Source: Escherichia coli
GTDB taxonomy: Bacteria; Pseudomonadota; Gammaproteobacteria; Enterobacterales; Enterobacteriaceae
Length of the DNA stretch: 64,000 bases
Reading direction: 5' to 3' (one strand)
Assembly (NCBI RefSeq): GCF_030384885.1
Contig: NZ_CP128615.1
A program made the position numbers and the translations under genes. Position 1 is the stretch's first letter; each line of letters begins with the position of its first letter. The notes below the pieces were generated by a model that was not told where the DNA came from, made no database searches, and worked only from the letters and a program-made list of their open reading frames with translations. Positions 58,790 through 64,000 of the stretch are shown in pieces.

Positions 58790-59989
58790 TCAGCGATCGG
58801 CTCGTTGCCCTGCGCCGCTCCAAAGCCCGCGACGCAGCGCCGGCAGGCAGAGCAAGTAGAGGGCAGCGCCTGCAATCCATGCCCACCCGTTCCACGTTGT
58901 TATAGAAGCCGCATAGATCGCCGTGAAGAGGAGGGGTCCGACGATCGAGGTCAGGCTGGTGAGCGCCGCCAGTGAGCCTTGCAGCTGCCCCTGACGTTCC
59001 TCATCCACCTGCCTGGACAACATTGCTTGCAGCGCCGGCATTCCGATGCCACCCGAAGCAAGCAGGACCATGATCGGGAACGCCATCCATCCCCGTGTCG
59101 CGAAGGCAAGCAGGATGTAGCCTGTGCCGTCGGCAATCATTCCGAGCATGAGTGCCCGCCTTTCGCCGAGCCGGGCGGCTACAGGGCCGGTGATCATTGC
59201 CTGGGCGAGTGAATGCAGAATGCCAAATGCGGCAAGCGAAATGCCGATCGTGGTCGCGTCCCAGTGAAAGCGATCCTCGCCGAAAATGACCCAAAGCGCG
59301 GCCGGCACCTGTCCGACAAGTTGCATGATGAAGAAGACCGCCATCAGGGCGGCGACGACGGTCATGCCCCGGGCCCACCGGAACGAAGCGAGCGGGTTGA
59401 GAGCCTCCCGGCGTAACGGCCGGCGTTCGCCTTTGTGCGACTCCGGCAAAAGGAAACAGCCCGTCAGGAAATTGAGGCCGTTCAAGGCTGCCGCGGCGAA
59501 GAACGGAGCGTGGGGGGAGAAACCGCCCATCAGCCCACCGAGCACAGGTCCCGCGACCATCCCGAACCCGAAACAGGCGCTCATGAAGCCGAAGTGCCGC
59601 GCGCGCTCATCGCCATCAGTGATATCGGCAATATAAGCGCCGGCTACCGCCCCAGTCGCCCCGGTGATGCCGGCCACGATCCGCCCGATATAGAGAACCC
59701 AAAGGAAAGGCGCCGTCGCCATGATGGCGTAGTCGACAGCAGCGCCGGCCAGCGAGACGAGCAAGACCGGCCGCCGCCCGAAACGATCCGACAGCGCGCC
59801 CAGCACAGGTGCGCAGGCAAATTGCATCAACGCATACAGCGCCAGCAGAATGCCATAGTGGGCGGTGACGTCGTTCGAGTGAACCAGATCGCGCAGGAGG
59901 CCCGGCAGCACCGGCATAATCAGGCCGATGCCGACAGCGTCGAGCGCGACAGTGCTCAGAATTACGATCAGGGGTCTGTTGGGTTTCAC
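58790..59989 (-). CDS. tetA: TetA(A) tetracycline efflux MFS transporter
   Basis: 399 codons from the GTG at 59989 (KPNRPLIVILSTVALDAVGIGLIMPVLPGLLRD...). Confidence 0.95.
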   Translation of the reverse strand: MKPNRPLIVILSTVALDAVGIGLIMPVLPGLLRDLVHSNDVTAHYGILLALYALMQFACAPVLGALSDRFGRRPVLLVSLAGAAVDYAIMATAPFLWVLYIGRIVAGITGATGAVAGAYIADITDGDERARHFGFMSACFGFGMVAGPVLGGLMGGFSPHAPFFAAAALNGLNFLTGCFLLPESHKGERRPLRREALNPLASFRWARGMTVVAALMAVFFIMQLVGQVPAALWVIFGEDRFHWDATTIGISLAAFGILHSLAQAMITGPVAARLGERRALMLGMIADGTGYILLAFATRGWMAFPIMVLLASGGIGMPALQAMLSRQVDEERQGQLQGSLAALTSLTSIVGPLLFTAIYAASITTWNGWAWIAGAALYLLCLPALRRGLWSGAGQRADR

Positions 59990-60037
59990 GTCTGGCCTCC
60001 GGACCAGCCTCCGCTGGTCCGATTGAACGCGCGGATT

Positions 60038-60085
60038 CTTTATCACTGATAAGTTGGTGGACATATTATGTTTATCAGTGATAAA
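60038..60085. promoter_or_regulatory. tetO operators / divergent tetA-tetR promoters
   Basis: Palindromic TATCACTGATAA and TATCAGTGATAA between the divergent genes. Confidence 0.7.
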
Positions 60086-60094
60086 GTGTCAAGC

Positions 60095-60745
60095 ATGACA
60101 AAGTTGCAGCCGAATACAGTGATCCGTGCCGCCCTGGACCTGTTGAACGAGGTCGGCGTAGACGGTCTGACGACACGCAAACTGGCGGAACGGTTGGGGG
60201 TTCAGCAGCCGGCGCTTTACTGGCACTTCAGGAACAAGCGGGCGCTGCTCGACGCACTGGCCGAAGCCATGCTGGCGGAGAATCATACGCATTCGGTGCC
60301 GAGAGCCGACGACGACTGGCGCTCATTTCTGATCGGGAATGCCCGCAGCTTCAGGCAGGCGCTGCTCGCCTACCGCGATGGCGCGCGCATCCATGCCGGC
60401 ACGCGACCGGGCGCACCGCAGATGGAAACGGCCGACGCGCAGCTTCGCTTCCTCTGCGAGGCGGGTTTTTCGGCCGGGGACGCCGTCAATGCGCTGATGA
60501 CAATCAGCTACTTCACTGTTGGGGCCGTGCTTGAGGAGCAGGCCGGCGACAGCGATGCCGGCGAGCGCGGCGGCACCGTTGAACAGGCTCCGCTCTCGCC
60601 GCTGTTGCGGGCCGCGATAGACGCCTTCGACGAAGCCGGTCCGGACGCAGCGTTCGAGCAGGGACTCGCGGTGATTGTCGATGGATTGGCGAAAAGGAGG
60701 CTCGTTGTCAGGAACGTTGAAGGACCGAGAAAGGGTGACGATTGA
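60095..60745 (+). CDS. tetR: TetR(A) repressor
   Basis: 216 codons from MTKLQPNTVIRAALDLLNEVG... Confidence 0.95.
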   Translation: MTKLQPNTVIRAALDLLNEVGVDGLTTRKLAERLGVQQPALYWHFRNKRALLDALAEAMLAENHTHSVPRADDDWRSFLIGNARSFRQALLAYRDGARIHAGTRPGAPQMETADAQLRFLCEAGFSAGDAVNALMTISYFTVGAVLEEQAGDSDAGERGGTVEQAPLSPLLRAAIDAFDEAGPDAAFEQGLAVIVDGLAKRRLVVRNVEGPRKGDD

Positions 60746-61043
60746 TCAGGACCGCTGCCGGAGCGCAACCCACTCACTACAGCAGAGCCATGTAGACAAC
60801 ATCCCCTCCCCCTTTCCACCGCGTCAGACGCCCGTAGCAGCCCGCTACGGGCTTTTTCATGCCCTGCCCTAGCGTCCAAGCCTCACGGCCGCGCTCGGCC
60901 TCTCTGGCGGCCTTCTGGCGCTCCTGCTGCGGCGTCCGCTCGTGGGCCGTGGCGCGGGTCCGCGCGCCGGCCTCGTGCGCCTGGCGCTCGCGGGCGAGGT
61001 CCAGGGCGGCCGTCTTCACGTTCTGCCTTGCGCAGATGAGATA

Positions 61044-61081
61044 GGGGAGCCCGCAGAATTCGGAAAAAATCGTACGCTAAG
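61044..61081. repeat. 38-bp Tn1721/Tn3-family terminal inverted repeat
   Basis: GGGGAGCCCGCAGAATTCGGAAAAAATCGTACGCTAAG; the tnpA stop lies inside it. Confidence 0.85.
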
Positions 61082-64000
61082 GTTTTCCGGGCATCCGTAA
61101 GGGCCGAAACTTCCCGTCTTCCAGTCTGCGGCTCTGCCGCCAGACGTAATCGCCGGTTAGGTTGATGTGCTCCCAGCCCAGCGGCGACAGGAATTGCAGC
61201 AGCTCGCCGTCCACCGGCTTGCCGGCCTCGACCAACCCCTGGGTGGCGCGTTCCAGGTACACCGTGTTCCACAGCACGATAGCCGCCGTCACCAGGTTGA
61301 GGCCGCTGGCCCGGTAGCGCTGCTGCTCGAAGCTCCGATCCCTGATTTCCCCAAGGCGGTTGAAGAACACCGCCCTGGCCAGCGAGTTGCGCGCCTCACC
61401 TTTGTTCAGGCCGGCATGCACGCGGCGGCGCAGTTCAACACTTTGCAGCCAGTCCAGGATGAACAGCGTGCGCTCGATCCGGCCCAGCTCGCGCAGGGCC
61501 ACGGCCAGTCCGTTCTGGCGCGGGTAGCTGCCGAGCTTGCGCAGCATCAGCGAGGCGGTGACGGTGCCCTGCTTGATCGAGCTGGCCAGGCGCAGGATGT
61601 CGTCCCAGTGGGCACGCACGTGCTTGATGTTCAGGGTGCCGCCGATCAGCGGGCGCAACGTCGGGTAGGCTTGCACGCCCTGCGGCACGTACAGCTTGGT
61701 TTCGCCGAGGTCGCGGATGCGCGGCGCGAAGCGGAAGCCTAGCAGGTGCATCAGGGCAAAGACGTGATCGGTGAAGCCGGCCGTGTCGGTGTAGTGCTCC
61801 TCGATCCGCAGGTCGGACTCGTGGTACAGCAGGCCGTCGAGCACATAGGTGGAATCGCGGACGCCGACATTCACCACGCGGGTGCTGAACGGCGCGTACT
61901 GGTCGGAGATATGGGTATAGAACAGCCGTCCCGGCTCGCTACCGTACTTCGGGTTGACGTGCCCGGTGCTCTCGCCCCGGCCACCCGCGCGGAAGCGCTG
62001 GCCATCGGAGGATGAGGTCGTGCCGTCGCCCCAGTGGGCGGCAAAGGCGTGGCGATACTGGTGGTTGACCAGCTCGGCCAAGGCCGCCGAATAGGTTTCG
62101 TCGCGGATGTGCCAGGCTTGCAGCCAGGACAGCTTGGCGTAGGTCAGGCCGGGGCTCGACTCGGCCATCTTGGTCAGCCCGAGGTTGATCGCATCACCGA
62201 GGATTGCGGACAGCAGCAACGTCCTGTCTTTGGCCTCGGCCCCGTCCTTCAAGTGGGTGAAGTGGCGGCTGAAGCCCGTCCAGTCGTCCACGTCCATCAG
62301 CAGTTCGGTGATCTTGATGCGCGGCAGTAACTGGCTGGTTTGGTCGATCAGCGCCTGCGCCCGATCCGGCACCGCCGCATCCAGCGGGGTGATTTTCAGC
62401 CCTGACTCGGTGAGGATGGCATCGGGCAGCTCGTTGTCCTTGGCCAGGCGGGTGACGGTGGCCAACTGCTCGTCCAGCAGCTGCAAACGCTCTTCCAGGT
62501 ACTGGTCGCTGTTCGGGTTGATCGCCAGGGGCAGGGCCTGCTCGCGCTTGAGTGCGGCGAACTTCTCGGCCGGCAGCAGGTAGTCGTCGAAGTCGCGGAA
62601 CTGCCGCGAGCCCTTGACCCAGATGTCGCCGGAGCGCAGGGCGTTCTTCAGCTCGGACAGGGCGCAGATTTCGTAGAATTTCCGGTCGAGGCCTTCCGGG
62701 GTGATCACCAGCGGCTTCCAGCGCGGCTTGATGAAGGCCGTGGGTGCATCGGCCGGCACCTTGCGCAGGTTGTCGGCGTTCATCTCACGCAGGGTCTGCA
62801 CGGCTGCCAGCACGCCTTGCGCGGCCGGCGCGGCGCGCAGTTCCAGCACCTCCAGCAAGGCCGGCGTGTAACGGCGCAGGGTGGCGAAGTTCTCGCCGAC
62901 CAGGTGCAGGTGGTCGAAGCCTTCCGGCCGGGCCAGCAGCTCGGCCTCGCTGACGCTCTCGGTGAACTCGTCCCAGGGAATCACCGCCTCGATGGCGGCA
63001 TAGGGGTCGCTGCCGCTTTCCTTCGCTTCCAGCAGCGCCTGGCCGATCCTGGAGTACAGGCGCACCTTGTCGTTGATCGCCTTGCCCTGCTTCTGGAACT
63101 GCTGCTGATGCTTGTGCTTCGCGCCGCTGAACAGCTTGACCAGGATGCGGTCATGCAGATCGACCAGCTCATCGATCACGGTCGCGGTGCTCTCCAGCAC
63201 CACGGCGGCCAGGGTCGCGTAGCGGCGCTGCGGCTCGAACTTACCGAGGTCTTTGGGCGTCATCTGCCCACCCTCGCGGGCCAGCTTGAGCAGGCGGTTC
63301 TGGTGGATGTGCCGGCCCAGGCCTTCGGGCAAGTCCACCAACTGAAATGTCTTCAGCCGCTCGATGTGTTCCAGCATGTGCCGAGAGTTGGGTTTCAGCG
63401 GTGCCTGGCGCAGCCAGGTCAACCAGGTGATGCTGCTGCCGGCCTTGAGCTTCAACAGCTCGTCCAGCTTGGCCCGATGCGAGTCCGTGAGTGGTTCGAC
63501 CAGGGCGCGGTAGACCCGCCGATTGGCTCGCGCAATGGCTTCCGAGCAGGCCCGGTCAATCACGCTCAGCGCCGGCAGGATGCGTCGTTTCTGCCGTAGG
63601 CTCTCCAGGGCCTGACCGGCCAGCAGCAAGCCTTTGTCGGTCTGCTGGGCCAGCTCGGTTAGCTCGCGCACCAGGGCGCGGAAGTCGGACAGGCCGAACG
63701 GGGCCAGTTGCAGGTAGGTGCGCAGTTCCTGGGCATGCTCGCGACGGGTCACGTCGCGCTCGCCGTACTTTGCCCAGCTCGCCGGCTCGGCCTGGACTTG
63801 CTTCGCCACCCACAGGATGACCGGCTCGGGCAGCTCGCTGTCGGTTCCCAGCGCGTAACCGGGGTAGCGCAGCAGGCAGAGCTGCACGGCGAAGCCGAGG
63901 CGGTTGGCGTCGCCGCGTCGCTGGCGGATCAGCGACAGGTCGGAGTCGTTGAAGGTGTAGTAGCGGATCAGGTCATCCTGGCTTTCCGGCAGCGCAAGCA
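61077..64000 (-). CDS. tnpA: Tn3-family transposase TnpA (Tn1721-type), N-terminus beyond the window edge
   Basis: At least 936 aa with the Tn3-family DDE region; ORF still open at 64000. Confidence 0.9.
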   Translation of the reverse strand, partial: LALPESQDDLIRYYTFNDSDLSLIRQRRGDANRLGFAVQLCLLRYPGYALGTDSELPEPVILWVAKQVQAEPASWAKYGERDVTRREHAQELRTYLQLAPFGLSDFRALVRELTELAQQTDKGLLLAGQALESLRQKRRILPALSVIDRACSEAIARANRRVYRALVEPLTDSHRAKLDELLKLKAGSSITWLTWLRQAPLKPNSRHMLEHIERLKTFQLVDLPEGLGRHIHQNRLLKLAREGGQMTPKDLGKFEPQRRYATLAAVVLESTATVIDELVDLHDRILVKLFSGAKHKHQQQFQKQGKAINDKVRLYSRIGQALLEAKESGSDPYAAIEAVIPWDEFTESVSEAELLARPEGFDHLHLVGENFATLRRYTPALLEVLELRAAPAAQGVLAAVQTLREMNADNLRKVPADAPTAFIKPRWKPLVITPEGLDRKFYEICALSELKNALRSGDIWVKGSRQFRDFDDYLLPAEKFAALKREQALPLAINPNSDQYLEERLQLLDEQLATVTRLAKDNELPDAILTESGLKITPLDAAVPDRAQALIDQTSQLLPRIKITELLMDVDDWTGFSRHFTHLKDGAEAKDRTLLLSAILGDAINLGLTKMAESSPGLTYAKLSWLQAWHIRDETYSAALAELVNHQYRHAFAAHWGDGTTSSSDGQRFRAGGRGESTGHVNPKYGSEPGRLFYTHISDQYAPFSTRVVNVGVRDSTYVLDGLLYHESDLRIEEHYTDTAGFTDHVFALMHLLGFRFAPRIRDLGETKLYVPQGVQAYPTLRPLIGGTLNIKHVRAHWDDILRLASSIKQGTVTASLMLRKLGSYPRQNGLAVALRELGRIERTLFILDWLQSVELRRRVHAGLNKGEARNSLARAVFFNRLGEIRDRSFEQQRYRASGLNLVTAAIVLWNTVYLERATQGLVEAGKPVDGELLQFLSPLGWEHINLTGDYVWRQSRRLEDGKFRPLRMPGKP

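Noticed and set aside
58125-59636. Several overlapping ORFs in both strands across pecM and tetA
   Set aside because: High-GC region generates long open frames; the pecM and tetA(A) frames account for the coding signal.
61167-63820. Plus-strand ORFs of 191 and 260 aa inside the Tn3-family tnpA
   Set aside because: Antisense to a long conserved transposase gene in high-GC DNA; no start or RBS context.

Overview
This window reads as a mosaic segment of an IncF-type enterobacterial plasmid, starting exactly at a RepFIB-like repA gene. In order it contains: the RepFIB replicon (repA, iterons, adjacent tyrosine recombinase); an AT-rich accessory island with a 1651-aa autotransporter carrying near-identical 372-bp tandem repeats, plus small membrane proteins; a nest of IS remnants (IS3-family fragment, decayed IS66-family transposase, intact IS3 with a CTC target duplication); a second AT-rich cluster (two paralogous lipoproteins, a bactofilin-like membrane protein, LuxR-type regulators including a LuxR-HTH/EAL protein); a leading-region-like block (two ~140-bp direct repeats, large palindromes, a DnaQ-like exonuclease, a RelE/ParE toxin-antitoxin pair) abutting an internal TraC fragment; an SOS-regulated impCAB operon with a 1-nt frameshift in impB; two partition systems (ParM/ParR-like and ParA/RHH) and a second tyrosine recombinase; IS26; and a roughly 25-kb defence island. 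The defence island holds a DUF4238-like gene, a Gabija-like OLD-nuclease/helicase pair nested between two diverged vapBC operons, and a complete type 1 BREX locus (brxR-brxA-brxB-brxC-pglX-pglZ-brxL) with a GmrSD-like (DUF262/DUF1524) gene embedded between brxC and pglX. The island is bracketed and interrupted by IS903, IS3-family, IS110-family and IS1 sequences. The window ends with a truncated Tn1721-type tet(A) module (pecM, tetA, tetR, 38-bp IR, partial tnpA). No rRNA, tRNA or CRISPR array was recognised. All calls rest on reading motifs in the supplied translations and DNA; no database search was run, and IS boundaries are approximate to a few bp.
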